A stretch of DNA of 64,000 bases from an uncultured Gemmatimonadales bacterium (lineage in GTDB: Bacteria > Gemmatimonadota > Gemmatimonadetes > Gemmatimonadales > GWC2-71-9), in NCBI GenBank assembly GCA_963828735.1, contig CAWHFW010000005.1:832001-896000 (forward strand), in the 5' to 3' direction. The position numbers and the translations under genes were made by a program. Each line of letters opens with the position of its first letter. Within the stretch, counting starts at the first letter, position 1. The notes under the pieces are model-generated. The model saw nothing but the letters and a program-made list of their open reading frames with translations, did not search any database and was not told the origin of the DNA. Shown here piece by piece: positions 31,132 through 39,453 of this stretch.

Positions 31132-31148
31132 TTGAAAACAATTATCAA
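31132..31148. promoter_or_regulatory. Fur-family box
   Basis: TTGAAAACAATTATCAA; minus strand TGATAAT-T-GTTTTCA matches 12/14 of the 7-1-7 consensus TGATAAT-N-ATTATCA, 23 nt upstream of the porin ATG in an AT-rich gap. Confidence 0.7.
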
Positions 31149-31269
31149 GTAGAACCCCTACTACTTTATTCCCCATTGCCACTGGTGTCAACTGCACGCC
31201 CCACACATCATTGGAAGGCGCACACCCGCTTCGCCCCACAGCCTACCGTCGCCCCTGCGAGGCTCCCAG

Positions 31270-32112
31270 ATGGCCTACCTGCCCCTCCGGACTGTCACGC
31301 TTCCCGAGGCCTCCGAGCGGTTCTACGACGCCTGGCTCGACGACCTGGACGGCCGCCTATCGGCCCCGGGTGCGGATTGGCACCGGATTACCCGCGACGT
31401 GCTCTTCGAGGTCTGGTACCCCGGCCTGAGCGACTACGACGCCCTCGTGGAGGACCCCGTGACCCCGGCGACGACGCGCGCCGCGCTGCTGGGGCTCGAC
31501 CCGCGCAACGTCACGCTCGAGCCCGAGTACTACGCCGACGTGGATCACGCCCGCTACGCCCGGGTGAAGCCCCTCCACTGGCTCTGGCAGAGCTTCGACC
31601 GCTCGCCGCTCGGGGCCGGCAACGTGCACGTAGGGGTCGGGTTCCGCCGGATCCTCGCGAAGCACCTCTTCGCCAGCGTGGGCCGGAACTTCAAGTGCTT
31701 CCATTACGTGGAGTTCTCCTACGGTTACAACCTGGAAGTGGGCGATGACTGCGTGGTGCACCGCCACGTCCTGCTCGACGACCGCGGCGGAATCACCCTG
31801 GGCAACCGGGTGAGCATCTCGGACTACGCCAACATCTACAGTCACACCCACAGCATCGTGGATCAGAAGGACGTGACCAACGCGCGGACCGTGCTCGAGG
31901 ACGACGTGCGCATCACCTATCACGCCACGGTGCTCGCCGGCGTGCGGGTCGGGCGCCATGCGATGGTCGGCGCAGTCGCGGTGGCCACCAAGAACGTGCG
32001 CCCGTATCACGTCAACGTCGGCATCCCTGCCAAGTCCATTCGCATCAAGCCCAACGCCCCCCCGGAGGCCTACGTCACCGAGCGCGTGGCCCACAGCCAT
32101 ACGGAGAGCTGA
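31270..32112 (+). CDS. Hexapeptide-repeat (left-handed beta-helix) acyltransferase
   Basis: NLEVGDDCVV, ITLGNRVSIS, YSHTH, TVLAGVRVG, VGIPAK. Confidence 0.85.
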   Translation: MAYLPLRTVTLPEASERFYDAWLDDLDGRLSAPGADWHRITRDVLFEVWYPGLSDYDALVEDPVTPATTRAALLGLDPRNVTLEPEYYADVDHARYARVKPLHWLWQSFDRSPLGAGNVHVGVGFRRILAKHLFASVGRNFKCFHYVEFSYGYNLEVGDDCVVHRHVLLDDRGGITLGNRVSISDYANIYSHTHSIVDQKDVTNARTVLEDDVRITYHATVLAGVRVGRHAMVGAVAVATKNVRPYHVNVGIPAKSIRIKPNAPPEAYVTERVAHSHTES

Positions 32113-32195
32113 GTCTGACCCGGCCCCGCGAACGCTGGTACGCTTCCCCGTCCGCCCTCGTCGCGTGGGCGCTCCTGGCGAGCGCCCTGATCGGC

Positions 32196-34460
32196 ATGCT
32201 GGTCGGCGGGCTGCCCGGGCTCGTCACCGTCGCCTGCGGCATCGCTGCCGGCCTGGTCCTGCTGCTCACCGTCTGGCGCCGCGAGTGGGAGGTGCCCCTC
32301 CACGCGTTCGCCGCGACCCTCCTTGGGGTGCTCGCCTGGCTGGCGAACGACCGGATCTGGTGGCTCGCGGTCGTCGCCGTGGTGACCATCGCCAGCAGCT
32401 TCTGGGTCGCAATCGTGCGTGGCCGCCGCCGCCTCCGCGACGCCGAAACCAAGAGCGATCAGCTCGCGAGTCAGCTCGACCGGCGCATCAGTGAGCTGTT
32501 CTCGCTCCAGGAGCTGAGCTATGTGCTCTCGGAGTCCATCCAGCTCGACCGCATCGTGGACCAGGTGGCCAAGTACGCCGGCCGCTTTCTCCAGGCGGAG
32601 GGGGCGATCGTCGTGCTGGCGGACGACGATCGCGGCCGGTTCCTCCGCGTCGCGGGCGCGGCCGGCTCGCTCGAGCCGCTGATCGGCCAGGTGACCGAGG
32701 ATCCCGACACGGCGCTGGTGCGCTTCGCGATGCAGCGCGAGCGGATCGAGGTGGCGCAGGGGGTGAACCTGCCGACTGTGAACCTCATCGGGGGCACCAT
32801 GGTCCGTTCGGCCGCGGTCGCGCCGCTCCGCTCCCAGGGGGTCACCATGGGGGCGCTCGCGGTGGCGGACCGTTCGGGCGGCTCGTTCACGACCGAGGAC
32901 CTGTGGCTGCTCTCCACCGTCGCCACGAATGCGTCGGTGGTCCTGGCCAACGGCCGGCTCTATGAGATCGTTCGCCGGAGCAAGGAGGAGTGGGAGACGG
33001 CGTTCAACGCGCTGGCCGAGGGGATCGCCGTGGTCGGTCCGGGCGATGCGGTGCTGCGGGCCAACCGCGCCCTGGCCGCGCTCACGGAGATGCCGGAGAG
33101 CGAGCTGGTCGGCCGGAGCTTTACCGAGACCTTGCTCGGCACGTCCGAGTCGGTCACGCAGCTCATCGCCTCGTCGCACCTGGGCGAGCGGACGGCATCG
33201 GTCGTGACCCGCCTGGAGCGCACCGGGCGGGTCCTGCGCATCACCGCCGCCCCCTTTGCCGAGCGGGCCGGACGGGTGGTCCTGCTGGTGGAAGACGTCA
33301 CCGAGCAGCGCATCATGGAGGCGCAGCTCATCCAGAACGACAAGATGGCGTCCATCGGCCAGCTCGTCTCCGGCGTGGCCCACGAGCTCAACAATCCCCT
33401 GACGTCCATCGCGGGCCTCACCGAGCTGCTGCTCGAGCGGGAGCTGCCTCCCGACGTGCCGCGCGAGCACCTGCGGGTCATCCACGACCAGGCCGAGCGG
33501 GCCGGCCGCATCGTGCGCAACCTCCTCACGTTCGCCCGAAAGGGGGTGCCCGAGAAGACGCCGGTGGATCTCAACGACGTCGCCGCGCGCACCGCATTGC
33601 TCATCGTGTACGAGCTCCAGGTGCACGGCATCGAGCTCGACCAGTTGTTGAGCCCCGAGGCGGTGGTGGTCCTGGGCGATCGCCACGAGCTTCAGCAGGT
33701 GCTGCTCAATCTGATCACCAACGCCGTCCAGGCGGTGAGCGGCCTTCCGGCCGGCGCTCAGCGCCGGATCACCATCTCGACCGTCCGCGACGACGGCCAG
33801 GCGATTCTCCGCGTGCGCGACACGGGGCCGGGCGTGCCACCCGAGCATGCCACGTCGCTGTTCACCCCGTTCTTCACGACGAAGGCAGCGGGCCAGGGAA
33901 CCGGGCTGGGACTGTCCCTGAGCTACGGTCTGGTGAAAGCGCACGGAGGCGTGCTGAGCTACGAGCCCCCGGTCGACGGCGGGGCGGAGTTCCGGGTCGC
34001 GCTTCCCTTGCACGACGCGCCCTCCGACGTGGCCGAGACCGAGCCACTGGCTCCGCCGCGGGAGACCCGCCGTGTGCTGGTGGTCGACGCCGACCCGGGC
34101 GTGCATCGGTTGGTGAACGCGCTGCTGTCGCCGGATGGGATCGAGGTGGAGTCGGTGCGAGCGGGTGAGCAGGGACTGCGGCTGGCGGGTGAGCGGAACT
34201 ACGATCTCATCATCGCGGACGCGCGCGCCACCACGGGCGCGACCGAGCTCTTCGTCCACGCGCTCGCGGCGGCCTCCCCCGCCGCCGTGGATCGCCTGGT
34301 GCTGACGTACACCGGCCAGCCTGAGCCACCCGATCCGCTCCCCGACCGGATTGTGCCGCGCGCGCAGAAGCCGTTCAACCTTCGCGATCTGCACGCGCTG
34401 GCGTCGCAGATGCTCGCTAGTAGCCCGCCTCGCTCGCCGGCTTCCAGGGCAGCACGCTGA
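32196..34460 (+). CDS. Membrane hybrid sensor histidine kinase (GAF-PAS-HisKA-HATPase-REC-like)
   Basis: GVAHELNNPL, NLITNA, DTGPG, FTPFFTTK, GTGLGL, C-terminal RVLVVD..IIAD..KPF; the frame is open further upstream to about 32109. Confidence 0.9.
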   Translation: MLVGGLPGLVTVACGIAAGLVLLLTVWRREWEVPLHAFAATLLGVLAWLANDRIWWLAVVAVVTIASSFWVAIVRGRRRLRDAETKSDQLASQLDRRISELFSLQELSYVLSESIQLDRIVDQVAKYAGRFLQAEGAIVVLADDDRGRFLRVAGAAGSLEPLIGQVTEDPDTALVRFAMQRERIEVAQGVNLPTVNLIGGTMVRSAAVAPLRSQGVTMGALAVADRSGGSFTTEDLWLLSTVATNASVVLANGRLYEIVRRSKEEWETAFNALAEGIAVVGPGDAVLRANRALAALTEMPESELVGRSFTETLLGTSESVTQLIASSHLGERTASVVTRLERTGRVLRITAAPFAERAGRVVLLVEDVTEQRIMEAQLIQNDKMASIGQLVSGVAHELNNPLTSIAGLTELLLERELPPDVPREHLRVIHDQAERAGRIVRNLLTFARKGVPEKTPVDLNDVAARTALLIVYELQVHGIELDQLLSPEAVVVLGDRHELQQVLLNLITNAVQAVSGLPAGAQRRITISTVRDDGQAILRVRDTGPGVPPEHATSLFTPFFTTKAAGQGTGLGLSLSYGLVKAHGGVLSYEPPVDGGAEFRVALPLHDAPSDVAETEPLAPPRETRRVLVVDADPGVHRLVNALLSPDGIEVESVRAGEQGLRLAGERNYDLIIADARATTGATELFVHALAAASPAAVDRLVLTYTGQPEPPDPLPDRIVPRAQKPFNLRDLHALASQMLASSPPRSPASRAAR

Positions 34461-35811
34461 CCCGACCACGGACCTTCGCGGCGGCGCGGGGCGCGTCAGG
34501 CGTCGCCCAGTAGTTGCCGCCGGCCACCAGGTCCGGGGCGTCGATGAACCAGCGCGACGCGCGAAGGAAGACGTTCCCGCTCACCTCCGCGTCGTGGCCT
34601 GTGCCGTCCACCACGAGGCCGTCGCCCACGCCGTCGAACACGTTGCCCCGCACCCGGCTGTCGCTCACCCTCCGCAGGACGACGCCCTGGCCCACCCCGT
34701 TCAGCAGGTTGTCGTCGATGCGGTAGCCGCGCCCGGGCAGCTTGGCGCCTGCATCGGTCGTGATCCGGATGCCGAGCGGGCCTCCGAGGATCACGTTGGC
34801 CTCGAGGCCCGTGTCGCCGCCATTGGTGACGTCGATCCCCGCTCGTCGAGCCCCGATGACCGTATTGCCGCGGAGAAGGCCGCCTTTGAGCCGCTGCAGC
34901 TCGAAGCCCGCGGCGGCGCTGTCCACCCGGTTTTCGAGGAAGCTCACGTTCCAGGTGACCCGCGCCGCGAAACCGACGACCGTCGCGAGCGACGCGTCGT
35001 TCCGGTAGACCAGATTGCCGATCGACGGCTGCGTGAGCGGCGACTGCCCTGTCACCAGCACGCCGATCGTGGAGGCGGTGAGGTCGTTCTCGGCGATCGT
35101 GTTCGAGTCGCTGCCCTCCCGGAGCAGGATCGCCGCGGCGGAGCAGTCGGTGTCGAAACCCGGGCACCGCCGGGTGCGCGAGGCGTCGTTCCGGAGAATG
35201 GTGTTGCGACTCGAGCGGAAGAGGTGGATCGCCCAGCCGCTGTTGTCCGCCAGATCGTTGTCGGCCACGTACGACTCGCTGGCGTCCACCAGGCCGATTC
35301 CGTTCTGGCCGCCATGGGCGATGATGCTCGTGACGGAGGCGCCCGTCGTCCCGCGAAGCATGAGCCCGGCGCCGTACAGATCGGATGCGTCGAGCCGGCC
35401 GACGTCCAGGCGATCCAGGGAGTCGAAGTGCTCCGCTGTCGAGCGCAGGAGCTGACGCCGGCTGGCCGAGACGTCGATGCCGCTCAGGCGGTGGTTGCGC
35501 CCGCCCTCGAGGCGCACGCCATACCGGTAGCCGCGGATCACGCCGCCCAGCACCGTGACACCGTCCACGCCCCGGCTCGCGACGCCGATGCCCACATATC
35601 GCGCGGGGACGGAGTCCCCGCTCTCGATGGTGACGCCGCTCAGGTCGATCCGCGTGCCGGACGACGCGGCCACCAGGACGCCGCGTTCCGTCGGGTCGGC
35701 GATCCGATAGTGGCCGGGGCAGACGCGGACGTCGCCCTGGACCTGGGTTCCGGCGCGGGTCAGGCGTACGCAGGGCGCGGCGGCGAGGGCGAGAAGCAGC
35801 AGGGCGATCAC
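34417..35811 (-). CDS. Secreted right-handed beta-helix (NosD/pectin-lyase-like) protein
   Basis: Signal peptide, repeated N-x-I/L-x-x-N and GI-x-L motifs, GGNYW near C-terminus. Confidence 0.78.
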   Translation of the reverse strand: MIALLLLALAAAPCVRLTRAGTQVQGDVRVCPGHYRIADPTERGVLVAASSGTRIDLSGVTIESGDSVPARYVGIGVASRGVDGVTVLGGVIRGYRYGVRLEGGRNHRLSGIDVSASRRQLLRSTAEHFDSLDRLDVGRLDASDLYGAGLMLRGTTGASVTSIIAHGGQNGIGLVDASESYVADNDLADNSGWAIHLFRSSRNTILRNDASRTRRCPGFDTDCSAAAILLREGSDSNTIAENDLTASTIGVLVTGQSPLTQPSIGNLVYRNDASLATVVGFAARVTWNVSFLENRVDSAAAGFELQRLKGGLLRGNTVIGARRAGIDVTNGGDTGLEANVILGGPLGIRITTDAGAKLPGRGYRIDDNLLNGVGQGVVLRRVSDSRVRGNVFDGVGDGLVVDGTGHDAEVSGNVFLRASRWFIDAPDLVAGGNYWATPDAPRAAAKVRGRVSVLPWKPASEAGY

Positions 35812-36560
35812 GGTCGCACCGGGTAGCCGCGCTCGCGGAGATAGGCCCGCGCCTCGGGAAGCGTGGAGCCTTGAAAGTGGAAGATGGTGGCCGCGAGCAC
35901 GCCGTGCGCGCCCACCTCGAATGCCTCGGCCAGGTGCTCCAGGCGGCCGGCGCCCCCCGACGCGATCACGGGAATGGAGACCGCCTCCGACGCCGCTCGA
36001 ATGAGCGGGAGGTCGTAGCCCTCGCCGGTGCCGTCGCGATCCATCGACGTGAGAAGGATCTCCCCGGCGCCGAGGCCCTCGAGCTGGCGGATCCAGTCAA
36101 TCGCCTCGAGCGGGGTCGCCTCGCGACCGCCATTGACCATCACGGCGAGCCGTCCATCGCGCCGCGTCACATCCACCGCCGCCACCACGCACTGCGACCC
36201 GAAGTTCTCCGCGAGCCGGGCCACGATGGAGGGATCGCGCACCGCCGCGGTATTGATCGACACCTTGTCCGCTCCGGCGCGAAGCGCGGCCCCGGCGTCG
36301 GCCACCGCCCGAATGCCGCCGCCGACGGTGAAGGGGATAAAGATGGATTCCGCGACCCGCTCGACCATCTCGAGCGTGGTGCGCCGCGCCTCGGGACTGG
36401 CCGAGATGTCGAGAAAGACGAGCTCATCCGCCCCGTCGGCATCGTACCGCGCGGCCTGCTCCACCGGATCGCCGGCGTCACGGAGGGTGGTGAAATGCAC
36501 GCCCTTGACCACACGGCCGCCCGCCACGTCGAGACAGGGAATGATGCGACGGGCTAGCAT
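35808..36560 (-). CDS. hisF: Imidazole glycerol phosphate synthase subunit HisF
   Basis: [36 protein letters not shown]. Confidence 0.96.
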   Translation of the reverse strand: MLARRIIPCLDVAGGRVVKGVHFTTLRDAGDPVEQAARYDADGADELVFLDISASPEARRTTLEMVERVAESIFIPFTVGGGIRAVADAGAALRAGADKVSINTAAVRDPSIVARLAENFGSQCVVAAVDVTRRDGRLAVMVNGGREATPLEAIDWIRQLEGLGAGEILLTSMDRDGTGEGYDLPLIRAASEAVSIPVIASGGAGRLEHLAEAFEVGAHGVLAATIFHFQGSTLPEARAYLRERGYPVRP

Positions 36561-37021
36561 ACGCGAAGGACGTCCTCCACCGTCCCCGCCTCTCCCGAGC
36601 CGAGGAGCGCCACGACGTCCTCCAGCGCGCGGCGCTCGCGGGGCCACGCGAATCGTCGCCCGGCCTGGGCCGGCGCGAGCCACTCGAACCCGTCGTGCTC
36701 GTTGCCGGTGCGGACGGCGGAGGCGGCCTCGACGAACGCGGCGAACACCGGCACGAGCGCCACCTCGTCGAGCCGGTGCTGATAGAACGTTTCGACCCGG
36801 CTCAGATTGTACAGACGCTCGGGCACGAGTCCCGTCTCCTCAGCCAGCTCCCGACGCGCCGCCTCGCCCGGAGTCTCGCCCGGCTCGATGTGGCCATGCA
36901 CCGCTTCCCACGAGCCGGGGCACCGGCCGCCGGCGGCGCGACGGAGCACCAGGCACTCCAGGGACGGGCCCGCACCGCGGAGCACGTACAGGTCCACCAG
37001 GGACACCCGCACCGAGGTCAC
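36554..37021 (-). CDS. NUDIX hydrolase (NudB-like)
   Basis: Nudix box [30 protein letters not shown]. Confidence 0.88.
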   Translation of the reverse strand: MTSVRVSLVDLYVLRGAGPSLECLVLRRAAGGRCPGSWEAVHGHIEPGETPGEAARRELAEETGLVPERLYNLSRVETFYQHRLDEVALVPVFAAFVEAASAVRTGNEHDGFEWLAPAQAGRRFAWPRERRALEDVVALLGSGEAGTVEDVLRVC

Positions 37022-37638
37022 GGGCGCCACCGCACGAACGCGTCGAGCAGCTCGATGCCGGCGCGCTGCGACTTCTCGGGGTGGAACTGCGCGCCCACCA
37101 CGTTCTCGCGTCCCACGATCGTGGGGAAGAGGCCGTCGTAGGTGCCGGTGGCCAGCACGTCGTCGTCGGTCACCTCGGCGGGGTGATAGCTGTGGACGTG
37201 ATAGAAGTACTGCGGTTGCCCGCGGAACACGCCGGCGAGCATCGGGTGGTTCGCCCCCGCGGTCGTCGGGTCGACGCGTGCCCAGCCCACGTGCGGCACG
37301 GATAGGGTCGTCTCGAACCGGACCACCCGTCCAGGCAGGATGCCGAGCCCCCGCGCCTCGGGGGCCTCGGCGCTCGATGCGAAGAAGAGTTGAAGCCCGA
37401 GGCAGATGCCCATGACCGCCTGGCCGCCCGCCGCCACCTCCCGCACCGCGGCGCCGAGGCCCGTGGCCTCGAGCGTTCGGGAAGCCTGGCCGAAATGCCC
37501 CACGCCGGGCATCACGACGTGGTCCGCCGCCCGGACGACGTCGGGGTCGGAGGCGAGCGTCGCCGTGTGGCCGCCCGCGGCGAGGGCCCGCACCACGCTC
37601 GCGAGGTTGTTCACGCCGTAATCCACTACGACGATCAC
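37018..37638 (-). CDS. hisH: Imidazole glycerol phosphate synthase subunit HisH
   Basis: VDYG..NL, PGVG, GICLG, PHVGW, QFHPEKS. Confidence 0.95.
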   Translation of the reverse strand: MIVVVDYGVNNLASVVRALAAGGHTATLASDPDVVRAADHVVMPGVGHFGQASRTLEATGLGAAVREVAAGGQAVMGICLGLQLFFASSAEAPEARGLGILPGRVVRFETTLSVPHVGWARVDPTTAGANHPMLAGVFRGQPQYFYHVHSYHPAEVTDDDVLATGTYDGLFPTIVGRENVVGAQFHPEKSQRAGIELLDAFVRWRP

Positions 37639-38225
37639 AAGGCGCCTTTCGTCGACGGCACGCCCACGACCCTGGGATCGATGCTCGTCGCGCCGTCGAG
37701 CGCCCGCGCGAATGCCTTGAACGCCGCCTCCACGATGTGGTGCGGATTGTCGCCGCGGATCAAGTCCATGTGGACGGTGAGCCCCGCGTTGAGCACGACC
37801 GCGCGGAAGAACTCGGGCGTGAGGAAGACATCGTAGTCGCCCAGCAGCTGCCACTTGGGAATGTCGATGGCGTAGGACAAGTACGGCCGGCCCGACACGT
37901 CCACGACCGCGCGGACCAGCGCTTCGTCGAGCGGCACCAGCGCGTCCGCGTAGCGCCGGATGCCGGCCCGATCGCCCAGCGCGCGCTCGAGCGCCATGCC
38001 GATCGCGATGCCGGTGTCCTCCACGGTGTGGTGCCCGTCCACGTGCAGGTCGCCCCGGGCCTCGACCGTGAGGTCGAGCAGCGCGTGGCGGGCGAACGCG
38101 TCGAGCATGTGATCGAAAAACCCGATGCCGGTGTGCACGGTCGACGCGCCGCTGCCGTCGAGCGACACGACGACGTGGAGATCGGTCTCCTTGGTCGTGC
38201 GGCGGATCTCGCCGATGCGCGGCAT
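37635..38225 (-). CDS. hisB: Imidazoleglycerol-phosphate dehydratase
   Basis: RTTKET, TGIGFFDHML, DGHHTVED, NPHHIVEA, PSTKG. Confidence 0.96.
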   Translation of the reverse strand: MPRIGEIRRTTKETDLHVVVSLDGSGASTVHTGIGFFDHMLDAFARHALLDLTVEARGDLHVDGHHTVEDTGIAIGMALERALGDRAGIRRYADALVPLDEALVRAVVDVSGRPYLSYAIDIPKWQLLGDYDVFLTPEFFRAVVLNAGLTVHMDLIRGDNPHHIVEAAFKAFARALDGATSIDPRVVGVPSTKGAL

Positions 38226-38286
38226 GGTTACCTCGATCCTTGCGGGACGGCGAGCGGAGATGTTCGAAACACGCGCGTGCGGCGGG

Positions 38287-39453
38287 TCACGGCGCGCTCC
38301 CGACGATCGCCGCGAGCCCGTCCACGACGGCATCCACGTCCTCCGCGCTGCCGACGGAGATCCGAAGGCATTGCGACAGTTCGCTCGCGCCCGACACGTC
38401 ACGCACCAGGATGCCGTGCTCCTCGAGCAGGCGCCGGAACACCTCGCGCGCCGGGTGCCGGAGGCACCGGATCAGCACGAAGTTGGCCGCGCTCGGATAG
38501 ACTGCGAGCGCCGACAGCGCCGAGAGCCGGCTCACGAGGCGGTCGCGCTGCTCCACGATGAGGCGGACCCGCGCCGCGAGCTCGTCCCCGTGCCGGAGCG
38601 CGGCGGCTGCGGCCGCGAGGGTCACGACGTTGATGTTGTACGGCAGCTTCCCCTTCGCGAGCTCACGGGCCACCGCCGGATGCGCCAGCGCCAGGCCGAA
38701 CCGGAGCCCGGCCATGCTCAGGGCCTTCGAGAAGGTGCGGAGCACGACCACCCGGGAGCTGTGCCGGAGCAGTGGCAGGGCGGTCGGTCCGCCGAACTCC
38801 TGATAGGCCTCGTCGCACACCACCAGGGCGCCCGTCTCCTCCAGGAGGCGCTCGACCGCGCCGTCGGGCAAGGCGGAGCCCGTCGGGTTGTTCGGCGAGT
38901 TGAGGATGACCAGGCGCGCCCGCTCGCCCACCGCGGTCTCGATCAGCGCGTCCACGTCGTACGAGAAGTCCGGCCCGAGCGGCACGGGCCGGTATTTCCC
39001 GCCGAGCACGCTGGTGAGCAGCCGGTACAGCGAGAACGTCGGAGTGGGCGCCACGACGACGTCGCCGGGCCCCAGCGTGGTGGCCAGGATCGCCTGGATG
39101 AGCTCGTTGGACCCGTTGCCCACCAGCACGCCGTCCGGGGTCCAGCCGTAGCGGGCGGCGAGGGCCGCGAGCAGCTCCGGGGGCGCGAAATCCGGATACC
39201 GGTGCCAGGCGGCCGCCTCCGCCGCCGCGAGCACCTCACGCTTGAGGGCCGGCGGCACATCCCACGGACTCTCGTTCTGGTTGAGCTTCCTCCGCGCAGG
39301 CGGCGCGCTCAGGGTGTACGCCGTCTGGGCGCGCACCGCCGGCTTGATCAGCGCCAAGCCTTCGGCGCCGTCGGACGACCCGCCCGCCGGACTGGAATCG
39401 GGCGAGCTGGGTGGTCGGACGACGTCTGATGCGGAAGTAGGTGGCCTGCTCAA
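38287..39453 (-). CDS. hisC: Histidinol-phosphate aminotransferase
   Basis: KLNQNESP, GNGSNELI, SPNNPTG, DEAY, RTFSKA..AGLR; start codon uncertain. Confidence 0.93.
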   Translation of the reverse strand: MSRPPTSASDVVRPPSSPDSSPAGGSSDGAEGLALIKPAVRAQTAYTLSAPPARRKLNQNESPWDVPPALKREVLAAAEAAAWHRYPDFAPPELLAALAARYGWTPDGVLVGNGSNELIQAILATTLGPGDVVVAPTPTFSLYRLLTSVLGGKYRPVPLGPDFSYDVDALIETAVGERARLVILNSPNNPTGSALPDGAVERLLEETGALVVCDEAYQEFGGPTALPLLRHSSRVVVLRTFSKALSMAGLRFGLALAHPAVARELAKGKLPYNINVVTLAAAAAALRHGDELAARVRLIVEQRDRLVSRLSALSALAVYPSAANFVLIRCLRHPAREVFRRLLEEHGILVRDVSGASELSQCLRISVGSAEDVDAVVDGLAAIVGSAP

